Below, piece after piece: positions 50,101 to 63,400 of a DNA stretch of 64,000 bases. The position numbers were made by a program, and so were the translations under genes. The notes beneath the pieces are model-generated. The model was not told the origin of the DNA and searched no databases. It worked only from the letters and a program-made list of their open reading frames with translations. The stretch is from Adineta vaga (taxonomy: Eukaryota > Animalia > Rotifera), in the NCBI GenBank assembly GCA_021613535.1, contig CP075495.1, forward strand, positions 10,354,001 through 10,418,000, in the 5' to 3' direction. Numbering within the stretch: position 1 is the stretch's first letter; each line of letters opens with the position of its first letter.

Positions 50101-51075
50101 TAATGTAATTCAAATCGTATACTTACATCGAATATGTGTTTTCAACAGATCATCTGTTAAAGACATTTCTAGAAATATGAAAAATGTCGAAATTCATATA
50201 TATATATATATATATATAATTCAAGGTTACTAACGATAGTTTTTAACATTATAGATGCTAAGTACGTGTAAACCACCACAACAATAAACTTCATGATTAT
50301 TTTGATTTCGATCACATGGAATATTGCATAGAACAGAATTTACTAAAGATTGATTTAATTGATTACCACATCGACATAAATTCCTAAAAATGATTTAATA
50401 TCATTCTTATTCTGTCTTTTAATTGCATAAACTTTACCCATAGCTGACACCTGCATAATTATAAGTCACAGCACAATATGATAGACATTCTTCCAATGAT
50501 TTCACAACACCCATTACAATATCTAAGGTTATATCATTGAAGCAACCTTGATAACCTACTTTAGTATTAACACATATTCGATCTAAATAGTATTGATTTC
50601 TAATTTGTTTTAACATTGAAAATCGATTTAAGAAAATCCATACCTCTTTGAGATAATTCTACAGATCCGAATACATTATAAATACTATTTCGATTATTAC
50701 CACCACATTTTTCTGATGTTATACACGAATGATAACATTCATCATCCGACACTTGACTATACTTGTCATATTGTTGTACACAACGACATTCATTACCATA
50801 TTTGATAGTGGCATAAGGATAGTTTTTTTTTTGACATGCAAGAGTACATTGTTTAGGAGTTAACCGTTCATATTTACCAATGAATATTTGCAAAGCTTGA
50901 CTATCAACCTGATCAATAAAACAACCCAAATATTGATGAAGACCTAAAATAAACGTATTCGTAGCAACAGATTTAAAGTTCCATTTTTTTTTTGCACTAT
51001 CTACCGTGAATAAGCGTTAATTGAACAAACGAGTAATAGAGCAAGAATAGTGCTCTCATTGCAGCTGTCGATCAT
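44141..51075 (-). CDS. Type I membrane glycoprotein: 2 WSC domains, large Ser/Thr mucin stalk, TM, long cytoplasmic tail (KIAA1549/UPF0606-like); mucin exon frameshifted
   Basis: Signal-like exon from 51075; WSC motifs YLGCFID..C..AC..Y.YA..YG.EC.C and YQGCFND..CLSYC; Ser/Thr ORFs at 46279-49773; RRKRQ site; TM LWIIGAVLGPIVFALLLIGLG. The tail motifs VDRWRNKLRL and SEIEAGRNQLHRLLDE recall KIAA1549 (from memory, moderate certainty). Confidence 0.75.
47772..48167 (-). repeat. 96-bp coding tandem repeat, about 4 copies (SQTLISTPSSTVTVTSASLLTVTSSTLVHTDT)
   Basis: Near-identical units recur at 47865, 47961, 48057 and 48153 (period 96). Degenerate HTDTS units extend on both sides. Confidence 0.92.
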
Positions 51076-53165
51076 ACCCAAAGATAAAACAAAATTGTTT
51101 CTTAATCTAAAATAATATCGAAACAAAGATCTATTTTTTGTTTTGATGTTGATTGTAAAAGTCATGTACGAATGAATAATCATTACATTACTAATACACA
51201 TCAATATACGTTTCATATCGATAATAGGTATTTAATACTATACACTACTTTGGAATCGACCTACCGTTCTTCTCTTCAATTAATAAGAAGAAAAAAAAGA
51301 GGAAAAGAGAGAGAAAATAAGAAGAAAAAGAAATGAATTGAGTAACATCATGTTTTGTCAACTAAATAACATGTTTTTCTTTCTAATGACGTGTACGTTT
51401 GATAAGAATTTCTGAGAGCAATGGTATACAAAGGAAATAAAGATCAATATTGATTGCAAAATACATCACCTCAGCATTCTGCTATATTATTTATGAAGGA
51501 AAAAAAGACGTGATTTGTCACTTTTATGCAACAAGTAAACTCGAGTTTACAATATTTTCTTCACAAACTTGAGCAGGTAAAAAAATCATACACCTGGAAT
51601 ATGTTCTCTAAGAGCTGTTGTCATAATCATGCTGGGAACATTTCTATAGATGAGTTTTTAAATCATACACTTTTCATTCGAAGAAGAAAACCTTCATGTA
51701 AGAGTGAGAGACATTCATCGCTTGAGGACTTTTTGCCTCTTTACTAGTTGAAAGACTCTTGCATCAATCTCGCTACAATATAACATAATAAAAAGAAAAG
51801 CAAGTGTTCGCTCATTGTACTTTTACGAAAAAATATTTCTATCGGTGACTTACGGCACAATGGCATTTGTTTGTAGATAGTCAATCAAAAACGGAATATG
51901 TTCAAGAGTTAAAATATGACAATAATACGAAAGACGAAGAAAAAAAAAGAAACGCTTGTCAATCCATTCACATTCATAAATTGAATAAAGCTAAGCGAAA
52001 ACTTTCATCGAAATTACATTTTGAAATAAGATATGAATATGTCGAACATTATTCTTTTCTTTATGTACGTACGTTTACTTGCATCCATTCAGAAGATTAT
52101 GATATATGAGAATACGATGAATACTGATGAACGCAATGAATATTGTTACTTAATAATGTGACAAAACCTACTGATATTGTCCATGATCTCAGTCAACATT
52201 CATTTTATATATCAAATATACGAAAGAACAACTAGAAGGCCAATGCATGATCTTTCAAGTTATATATAGAAGTATGAAGATGACTAAACTTGTTTAGAAA
52301 TAGTTATGTGACGATTTCAAATCTATTGTTTATTGTTACTAGTTGTTCTATAAGCAGATGTTGTCTTTTGCTTTTTTCTTCGAACATTTATACACACAAA
52401 AAAAGGAATCCTTATGTAAGTTTATCGAAATAACATTCACGAAAATGACTAAATTTGAGATAAAATGACAATATATACTTACTTTTTCTTTGGTATTTTT
52501 CAATATTTTTTCGAACTCTTCGTATGCGATAAATGGCTTCATATTTTATTTACCTGTCTATCTTTATGTATCCATCAATCGATTCACTACAGTGATGAAA
52601 TGACAAGAAAGAAAAAAAAAGCCTTCATTCATATTACAAAAGAAAATAGTCTTGAAAAACCACAATCAATCATTTGCATGAAAAAAAAACAAAGTTTCTG
52701 ACACTATTCAAATTAAACAAAAAAAAAGAAATCCACTTACCACTCGCATAAAGTCTTTTATTGATTTTGCAATGTCAAAAAAAGAAAAAGAAATGTCTCC
52801 TTCCTTTATTATCATGCATTCAAAAAAAATTTTCTCTCTTTTTAAATCTAGTTTGCCTATATATCGATATGCGCTATGCGAATCCAAGCCATTAACAGTA
52901 ATTGACGGAAAAATGAACTAATATTATGATACGTTTTTTTTTCCTCTTCTATTTCATTCACCAAGTATATCCTCTCGTCCGATTCATCTCAACCGGAAAA
53001 ATATCACCATTTTGCGTTCATTACGTTGTCATGCATTCCCTTCCTTTACCTGTGCGTTCCGCATAACTCAGTCAACTGTTGTTCTCTAGCGATTCGAGCG
53101 TCACCTAACGAATCAGTAGTTTCGACTAAGTAAATAAACTAATGGTGTATATATAGGTTGATATA

Positions 53166-53185
53166 TCTGTCGAAAGTCACGCCAT
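53166..53185 (+). promoter_or_regulatory. TCTGTCGAAA plus SRE-like GTCACGCCAT upstream of SMT
   Basis: These are the same two motifs as in the INSIG promoter, adjacent and in swapped order, ending about 36 nt before the ATG. A weaker SRE-like GTCACCTAAC lies at 53100. Confidence 0.5.
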
Positions 53186-53221
53186 AATCAACTCATAAAT
53201 AATCTTCTTTTCTTAAGTACA

Positions 53222-54335
53222 ATGACGGAAAAAACGTTAATAAAACGTTCAAATGAAGCTGTTAAAAAAGAAGTTTCAACATACAATGAACTCTATCAAG
53301 ATTCAACATCGATCGATAAACGAAAGGATCAATATCAAACGTTAGTTACAAATTATTATAGTTTAGCAACAGATTTTTATGAATATGGTTGGGGTCAAAG
53401 TTTTCATTTTGCAAATCGATTTCGTGGTGAAACTTTAGAAGAATCTATTCAACGACATGAATCTTATTTGGGATTAAGAATGCAACTTAAACCAGGCGAC
53501 AAAGTACTTGATATTGGTTGTGGTGTTGGTGGTCCATTGAGACGTATTGCAAATTTAAGTGGTGCACATATTACTGGTGTAACTATTAGTCAATATCAAA
53601 TTCAACGAGCAAAAACTATTGGTATGAAAAGATCATGTTTTATTTTCTCTCTTCGCACATGAAACCATATATTATAGGTGTACCAGCTAATTGTCAATTT
53701 ATTCAAGGCGATTTTATGCAATTACCATTTGAAGATAATACTTTCGATCATGTTTACGTTATTGAAGCTGCATGTCATGCACCAGAAAAGGTAAACTAAT
53801 GCATGTTTTTCTATAAACAAATATTAAATACATTTTCTTTTCTTTATCATTCTATTAGGCTAAATGTTTTGCTGAAGTCTTCCGAGTATTAAAACCAGGC
53901 GGTTCATTTGTTGGTTATGATTGGTGTGTAACTGATAAATATGATAAACAAAATCGTGATCATCTCGAAATTAAACGTTTAATTGAAGAAGGTGATGGAT
54001 TGCCTGATTTGAAATCAACAGATGAATTAGTTACTGATTTAAAATCAGTCGGTTTTACTGTTGAAGAAAGTCGAATTATTCCTGAAGGTGATATCCCATG
54101 GTATCAACCATTCGTAGGTGGTGATTCATTTTTTTCATTAGCAAGTTTTCGTACATCAAATATTGGTCGTTGGTTTACACGTAATATGGTTTGGCTTATG
54201 GAAAGAACAAAATTTGCTGCTCAAGGCTCAATGGGTACACTTGAAATTCTTGAAAAAGCAGCACTCGGTTTAACACGTGGTGGTCAAACTGGCATTTTTA
54301 CACCTTACTTCTTTTTTATCGGTCGTAAATCTTAA
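53222..54335 (+). CDS. SMT1: Sterol 24-C-methyltransferase (ERG6/SMT-like), 329 aa, 3 exons
   Basis: Motifs [23 protein letters not shown]-binding [34 protein letters not shown] and IPWY. Introns at 53622-53677 and 53791-53858. Confidence 0.95.
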
Positions 54336-54394
54336 AGATAGAACGCTAGGAAAACATTAGACAACGAACTGTGTGATAATTTTTCTTTTATTTC

Positions 54395-57300
54395 TTAAAT
54401 ATTATTATTATTATTATCATTATTAGTATTGTTCTGTTCATTTAGATCTAATGAAGTAGCTGAAATAGATTGTTGTGCAGCTAATTTAGCAGCATATGAT
54501 GGTCTTCGAAGTGCTATTGTTTGTTGTTGACGTTGTACTAAAGTGCATAGATCACGTATTTCATAGAGTGTGTCTGTAAGAGATTCAGCAAATTCTTGAG
54601 AATTTGTTGTCGAACAATTTTTGAACGATGAAATACAAAAAAGAATATAATCTGAACGAACATTGTATGAACAACCATAACCATCAGGTACGACGGCACC
54701 ATAGCAAATAAAAGAATCATTGATATTGGTTGTTACTTGACTTGTTGATAAACTAAAATGATTACTCAAGGCATAACCAGGATCTATAAATAGTTCAGGA
54801 GTTGGAAGCTTATTATCCCGTGCAATTTGCTTAAGAGCGAGCACTTAAGAAAAACAACAACGAATTATTCAGAAAGAAATTGATAGAAGATAATACTTAC
54901 TATGACAATCCATACCATCACCGAGAATATTCTAAGAAAAAGAAACAAAATATGTAACTTATATCTGAATAGAGAAGAAATTCTGCAAGGAATTATATTC
55001 GTATGAACACACTCAGATCTAATATAGTTCAAAGATCCACAAAAATGATGTCAAATTCTTTTATTAGTTTCATGACATTTCAAGGTTGCATAATAACTAA
55101 GTGATTAGTATTGTAGTAAAGCAGTAAAACTGCATGAGCTTAGCAATTACTTTTCCTGTTTCTTCCACTTTTATCATGACCGTTGTTCGCATAAATATCA
55201 GTACTAAACAAAGTGAAGACGGCTTTTTTACATAATATATTATTATCTTGTTAAAATGCATATTTTTGTATAAAAAAATCAATCATTAGATGGAAACGAA
55301 GTACCTGCAGGTATAATGTAGTCGTATATGCAAAGAATTTTAATGCAAGACTCATGAGACTACAAATATGTAGTACAATACAATTAATTTGCTTCTTCTC
55401 ACTTAGAAGAAAAGATAAAAGTCAAACTTGATCTTACTCGCTTGACATTCTAAATCTTTCATAGCATGTTTACAAAGCTTATCTTGATTACTAATATTGC
55501 TTAACAAAAGATCCTAATCACAACATAACTATCTGTTCATTCTACTGTAAGACGATTTTAAAACTATCGATAAAAATTTTTACTTGAATCATCAAATCCG
55601 TTTGTGCTTGCATAGCTTGTCGAAACAAATGTAATTTTTCTGCAGCTGAAATATTGCCCGTTTCATCAACCATAGCTCGTGCCCAAATAAGTGCTTCCGG
55701 TGTATTCGCTCGAATATTATCTACACGACCATAATGAAATCGTCGTGTTGATGCACTCTCATATGTTGATACAAGTTTATTGTACATTCTAAATAGAAAT
55801 CGAAGAATAATCGCAATCAATTTTTCTTATGATAAAATTCGAATGAATTTACGAACTTGAAATATGTAAATTGAAGACACATTTGAATAAATGCATCGGG
55901 ACTCATATTGTGTTCTTTAGGAAATTCTTTTCCATAATCAGTAAATTTAAGAATATATAAATCAAAATCATTAATTGCACTAAATAAAAAGACATGTGTA
56001 TGAAAACAAGTTTCTGTTTGAGTTAGTTTAAATCTTACCTTTGTAAACTTTGTTTGGCAATCGAAAGATTTTGTCGAAGATAAGTATTTATATTCCATTT
56101 TAGTCGATGCGGTACTGGAAGCTCACATAATGATTTCGAACGACGAAATCTATCTTGACTTTTCTCTTCCCTAAATTTTCAATATGAAAATGAATATTCA
56201 ATTGTCACATAATAACTTACATATATTTAAATAGATGTTCAATTAATTGAATAACAGCAATTGCTTCAGCTGGTGAATGTTCATAATTTAAACCGAATAA
56301 ACCATCAGTACTAATAATAAATTGCATAGTTTTATCATACCAACGATTAGCAGCATTTAGCATATTTTTTCCTCCATGTAGAATTTGTTCACCCAATGAA
56401 ACAAAATCTCGTTTTGTTACTTTATTGAAGTCAAAAGATTCATCGTCTTCTCCAGAATCATTTGATAAATCCGATTGATCCAAACAAACGATAAAAATAC
56501 ATCTTTCGATAAGATCCAGTGAATCTCGATTCAATGCATCTAAATAGTACATATTACAGAAAATTAATAATATATAGTCAACTAGAGTGCATACAGAGCT
56601 GATTATCACACATATGAGATATACGTAAGTACTTTTTATGTTTGTACTCGGACATATCAGAAAGTGAATTCGTTCAATTAGATAGATCGAACAACTCTTC
56701 TGATCAAATAAATATAATCAAAAATATGCAATGAACCAATCAAGTGAAATGACTATCAAAATTTTTCATATTTTCTCGACAGAAGTGTTTATCAATGTAT
56801 TTTTCTGACATAAATCATAATTAATTTTACCTTTCATTAATTCTGTTCTGATAGTTGCCCAATTTCGTCGTGGTAATGATGTATAAATGCCGACATCATC
56901 AGTTGCATAAGGATCTGCATCAGCCATTTGAATAATTCGTCCTAATAATGAATAAATGTCGTCTTCATCTAACCGTGTAAAATTAATGACGACATTTAAA
57001 ACAAAAAATTGATTTCGATATGCAACAATCACATGTTCCACTTGATGATGAACTACTTTACTATTACGCATTTGTATAAGACGATCTTGTTTTACATCGG
57101 GCATACGATAACATGAAAATAAACGATAATATTGTTCCATACAGAATGGTTGACCTTTTTCTCGACTAGTTGCTCGATCAATTGGTAATGCTCGACTAAA
57201 TGATAGTGAAATATTTGTTGAAAGTAATTGTTTCGTATTGTTTTATAACTTACGCATCGATTAATACTTTATAATCCAATATTCCTGATATCAATTTTGC

Positions 57301-57955
57301 AATAAATCTATAAGACAAAAAAAAGTAAAACTCAAAGAATGTTTTATTTCTTGAGTTTAAAATATGATTATATACTTTAAATAAGCTTCTATATTTGTAA
57401 AATGTTGTTGTGGAAGAACAAATGCTGGATTAGAGTTAATTGGTAGTGGAAGAGAATTTGCAAGATACATGTCTTCTAACCACCAATCTACTACCTAAAG
57501 AAAGAAGAACGAGAACAAAAGATTAATTTATAAGACGATTTCATTTTTTATCTCATTCATTTTGGATTATTTATCACATACATAATTCTCGGATTTTGAT
57601 GCATGTTCAATAAGCATATCTTGTAATCGTTGTCCAATACTTTCTTTTCGTGCACGAAATTGATTAACTAATTGTTTTGTTCGATTAAATTCCTCATTGG
57701 TTTGAATTGGTTCCAAACAGCGAAGATATTTTGTTAATGTTGCATCCAAATTAGGTACAGGAAGATGAGGTAAACCTTTCTATGAAACATGATGAGGATA
57801 AGATAGGTTAATTTCCATTTCTTTGAATGATATTCGGGTACTCTATGGCTCACCTCAATATCCCATTTCGAACAATCTTTATCTTCAGTTTGTTGTCGTT
57901 TAATACGTCCAATATATTTTTCTAATGTTGGCAATTGAGATGATAGATTTTCCAT
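54395..57955 (-). CDS. CHAT: Choline O-acetyltransferase, multi-exon
   Basis: Motifs LPHLPVPNLDATLTKYL, WWLEDMYLANSLPLPINSNP, NRWYDKTMQF, catalytic YEHS, MSPDAFIQM, STYESASTRRFHYGRVDNIR (VDN is the choline-specific signature) and CYGAVVPDGYG. It lies next to VAChT. Confidence 0.95.
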
Positions 57956-58426
57956 CCTTTCTTTCTCTCTTTTCTTTTTCTTTTTTTTCGAAAAATCTAA
58001 AAAAATTAGACGTTTATGAATGATAGACTACAACGACATTCAACTACATAGAATTTATTTTCAAAGGCAAATTCGCATAAAAGAAAAATAGATTCGAAGA
58101 AATACGTCAATACAAACATCGAGAAAACAGGCACACAAATGAGTCTCTTTTGTACATTATTTCAATTGATATGTATTATGATATATTGGTTGGTGATTCT
58201 CAATAATCATTATACTAGGCTAAAATAACTGGTAAAATATATGAAGACAGGGATGAGAAAAAAGAAGAAGAAGAAGAAGAAGAGAAGGCAAACTCTCATT
58301 CACAACAACATACGAACGACAACGTTTTAGAAAAAGACAAAGAAGAAAAGAAAATTTTCCTAAAATAATAATAATAAAAATACATCACCGGCTCAACTGT
58401 GTATGTATGCGTAGGAAACATTGGTT

Positions 58427-60410
58427 TTAAAATTCATCATAATCAACAATATTTCTTGATTTTGATTGAAAATGTACTGCACCTTGTTGACCCATATTCA
58501 TTTGTGGATATTGATTTGTTGTTGTTGATTTTGGCCAAGCATTTGTTGACGAATCTAAATCATTTTGTTGAGTATAATTATTATTTGCTATTGATCTTAA
58601 ATAACTATCATCATCAGTTTCATTATGTAATGGTTGATGTGCAAATGATCGTAATTCATCATTTTCCATTGGTTTATAAGCATAGAAATTTCTTAGAATA
58701 TATAAAACCGGTGCGTAAGCGATATTACTGACAAAAATAAGAATATTTAATGTAAGAAAATTTGTTCCATATACAATGGATCCAGCAACGATTGGACCCA
58801 TAGCATAAGCAAGTGAATAAGATATATCAGCGATAGCATAAACTGATCTATAAAAATAATATGAAATTCATTTTATTTTTCATTTACTACGTAGATGAAA
58901 ATAAAACGATCTACTTACCCATAAACAGATGTATGACGAACATCAACAAGATAGGCTAATGTTGGTAATAATGCTGTGTCAACCAAAGCATTTCCTAGAG
59001 AATATTCAAATGAATTAACTAGAAGAAGAAATGTTTGTTGAAAAAGAACACATACCAAAACAAATACCACTAATAGGTATCATTAATGAACCAAAATTCG
59101 TACAAAATGGTATGAAAATACACATCGTACCTTGCAAAGCAAGTCCTATAGCTGCTAGTAACCATTGAAATTTTGGATGACGTTCATTAAGTTTAACAGT
59201 GAGATAAACTCCACTAACATGCGGAATAAAACCGGGTAACCAAATTAAACCCATTTGCCATTCGGTTGCATTCATCTTATCACGCATCCATATCGAGATA
59301 GTGGGCTCAAGAAAAGCCAAGCCAACGTTCGCCTTTTAAAATGAAATTCAATGAGAATAATCATGATTTTCTTCGTGATTTCACTTACCATTGCTAAAGC
59401 TCCAGCACATACTGCAATATAGGGATCCATTAATAGTCGCCAAATCGGAGTGCCTTTCGGTTTGTCAGAAGAGGAATTATTGGAAAAATCAAATGCTTCT
59501 CGAAGTCGAGTTGGACGCATGACAACAAACAAGAGAACGCCATCAAGTAAGGCAATCAAAGCCAATGTAATAAATGGCACACGTTTACCAAAAAATTCAT
59601 AAAGAATACCTATAAAAATAAGGTAAAAGTTGAAATTTTCTAATCAACACATTCGAAAATACGAACCGCCAAATGGTGGAGCAACAAGAGATCCAAAAGA
59701 AATAAATGCTAAAGCAATACCTAATTGTCGACTACGACTACCTTCATCTTGATATCGATCAGCAATCATTGCTAGTATTGAAAATAATAATACAATCTTT
59801 CGAATTCTTTTTCAGTGAAATTTACCTAAACCAGATGTATCAGCAAATGCCGAACCTACACCTTGTAAACTTCGTGCAACAAATAAAACACCATATGAAC
59901 GGCCAAATGCGAATGTTGTTGTTGATAAGAAAATGACACAAAGTCCAATACACATTGGAATATCATAACCAATCCGATCGATTAATGCACCACTAAATGG
60001 ATTGACTAATAGTTGAATAATTGCTTTTGAACCAAATAATGTTCCAACAGCAACATCTTCTGAACTATCATCATCATTATTAGTATTAGTAGTTACTTTT
60101 GTTACTTTTCCATTTGTAGTCACTGATTTTGATATATTACTTATCGTTGATCCCCATGCGCCGATGCTTTGTAAATAATCCGGAATGATTGGTACCTAAA
60201 AAACGGAAATGTTTTCTTCTTTAAGAAAAATCATCTAAAACAGTTATTCTGACTTACAATAACCATATACAGCATATTATCAAGTAATAAAGCAACACAT
60301 ACAATGACCATAATTAATCGTCGCTGTCTTTTGGGAACATTGATAATTTCTTGTAAAGTATCCCACGCATAGGTTATTTGATTTCGAATTATGTGTAATG
60401 TTGCCTCCAT
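58427..60410 (-). CDS. SLC18A3: Vesicular acetylcholine transporter (VAChT/UNC-17), 7 coding exons
   Basis: Motifs [95 protein letters not shown] and [18 protein letters not shown]. Introns at 60196-60257, 59772-59825, 59610-59666, 59333-59388, 58995-59055 and 58848-58918. Confidence 0.97.
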
Positions 60411-63400
60411 GATGTATAGAGTTATAAATGTATATACTCGTTGTGTTTTAATTTAAGATCAAATAATTCTTTTCATTGAATAAATCTATGAAAAGATGAA
60501 AAACTGGATAATTGTTAGTCTATATTGAATAATATTTAAAAAAAATACAACTCAAAAGAGAATTGTAAAAGAATATAGAAAAAAGAGAGCAGTTCAAGTA
60601 TTTCTTGAAAATCTGAAGTGCAACGAACACATGTTGCTCTATACAGTTGATTAAAAATACAAAAGAAGAAGATCCATAAAAAAAATAAGTTCACGATGAT
60701 CTATCGTGCGAATCAATTGGAAGGGTTTTATCATCATTTCTATTTTTTTTCTCTTCTACGTCCTATATTCAACACGCTCCGGGGTTAAAACCCTCGCTTC
60801 TCCTATACATGCATCTCGGCAGTCTGACCACCTAATCCTATTATACGATAGGAATGCCGGCATGAGCACGAAACGACAATGATAATGATGATGATGATGA
60901 TGATGTACAATTGTAATAATTTAGTGAGCGATGTTTCTATTCCGCTACCAAATCGATTCGGTTAGCGTATGATAATGACGAGTGTTTCCTTCTATCTCCG
61001 TTTTTATCTCGCTCAAGCCATTTTATGCATGAACACGTCCGTGAACAAGTGACGAACAGATCCGAATTATATTCTTCGATTCGATCTCACGTTCATAGCA
61101 AATCTCAACTGAATACGAGGAATAGAAGATCAGAAAAAAAAGAACGTTAGCTAGAGAGAAATACGAACAGAGAGAGAGAGAGATTTTCGTCATTCGCTTA
61201 AATCCTGATTAGAAATGGTTGATCGTGCGATGATGACATTAATCGCTTTGCTGGATCGAGCAATGAAGAAAGAGACAGAGAGAGAGAGAGAGAAAAGGAA
61301 ACTAGAAAGAAAAAGACGATGACGATGACGACAATAACGAAGAAGAAGAAGATGCAAGTCTCCGTGTAGATCGTCAAATGGAAAATGAAATTATTCGCTT
61401 GCTCTTGCTCTCTCTCTCTGTCTCTGTCTCTTCTTTGCTCTCCTTATCCTCGGTCTCTTGTCGACTGAGAAATGCATGAGATACAGAGAAGAAATCTAAC
61501 TTTGCGTGAATGATTTGCCGATGAACACCCCCTACGCATATAGAGACACAATGTTAGATCGATTTGATTTCTTGATCTCTGTTATTCGAATAAATCGAAT
61601 TTCAATATAACCCTTCTTTTTCCCTTCTATTTTTCTTATCTCATTATATGTTTGATTTTCTTCTACAAAAACAACTATGATTTCTATTACTAATGTCCTT
61701 GATTGAAAATGACAAGAATTTTTTTCTAGAGTACTAACGATTAAGACTGAACTAATGAGCGAATTCCTACTAATATTCAACTGAACAAGACCCTCAAGGC
61801 ATAATCTACTAACAACAATGACAAATAATAAACATTAACAAGTAAATTTTGATCAAAAGAAGAAGAAAAAATCTATGATAATTTTCTCTTAAAATACTAG
61901 TTATAACAGAGTTTGTAATGTTTATGAGGCATGACGGCAAATAATCACAACACATGCGGATAATAGTGATGTTCATCCTACTTCCGGAGCAATGCTACTG
62001 TTGCTGCTGCTGTAGCAACTCTTGATCGATAATAGACTACAACACGCTCTCTTATGTTACAGCAAGAAGGAGCATCCTCATCAACTTCAAACTATGTTAT
62101 TAGATTCTCTTTATGTATTTTCTCCCTCTCTCTTTCTCTCTCTCGTTACCTTTCTAATAAGAGCCATTTTCGAAAACGCTCTAATGAATATCATAGGAAG
62201 AAAAAAAAAATAAAGAAATAATGATAAGAAGAACTTAATGATGAGATGCGACTCTAGTTCGAAGAAAGTGAGAAGAGAGGAGAGAGAAGAGTGACTGGCC
62301 GAGAGTTTGTCTTTGTTCGACGACAATGATGACGGCAAACGTAGGTGCAAATGGTTAATTGATGATGTATATATATATATATATAAATGTGCGGCTGCCA
62401 CTCTTTCTCCTTTTCTTTTCTCGTTTTGATTCATGAAGTGGAATTTTTAATTGAATGTGCAAGATTTCCGCCATTGCCGATCTATGATGACGGCAAGAAT
62501 AACAATTCCAAACTCTGAAAAGATACACACTTGGTATTAAGAAAAAGTAAATCATTCGAATAAATAGTTGAAAGTCGAGAAAGTCATTGTTGATTATCAA
62601 CATAAATACTTCTGTATAACCATTTGAAAATAGTTCATAAACGTTAAAAGAAAATGAGCTTGTTCTTTTTCCTTCTGTCATTGTAATAACAGTGATCTTA
62701 TACTATATCATATTTGAAGCATACTAATTGAAGTAGCAGGAGGAGATTTTCTTACATCGAATGATCAATCAGAACAAAAACTTCTTCTACTTCTTACCTA
62801 TTACTGTGTATGTTGGATCGCATGACAGAAAAGTCAAGACATCTATCTATCTAAAACTAAGGCAAATGTCTTTCTTATTATTCATTGACATAGCCAACTT
62901 CAAAATGAGGAAACAGTGACGAGAGGAAACGGAAAATCCTCACCAATTACAGTGTTCGAATCCATCTGATGATAATAATGATGATTGTGTAGAGACGTTC
63001 CACACCCAAATGAGCTATTCCGTATAGATTAACATCCTAAAAAAATACTCTCGGTGTGAAAAGAAAAAAAAGGAACTGTCAGTTCGTATTGCTTTGTCTA
63101 GTGGATAGAATTAGAAAACAGTTAAAAAATATAATCTATACGATTTATTCTGCTAAGATGCATTTGTCTATGTTCATCTATATTTTCCTTCTTTTTTTTA
63201 TCTATTATGTTTACTCGTGCGAGATGAAACTTTTTTTTTCTCTCCAATATATTCATATATACCATTGTCTCTGTTCATCGAAACACATTTATATCACGAA
63301 AGCATTCGTGTGTATTATCATCAGAATTCAACTAGTAAAAAAGAAAGCCTTGCTCTACTAGACATTGTGGAAATAATTTGGATTTTTCTCTTGTTCAATG

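Noticed and set aside
58023-62043. 12-bp direct repeat ATAGACTACAAC on both sides of VAChT (58023 and 62032)
   Set aside because: A rough estimate gives close to one such match by chance between regions of this size and base composition.
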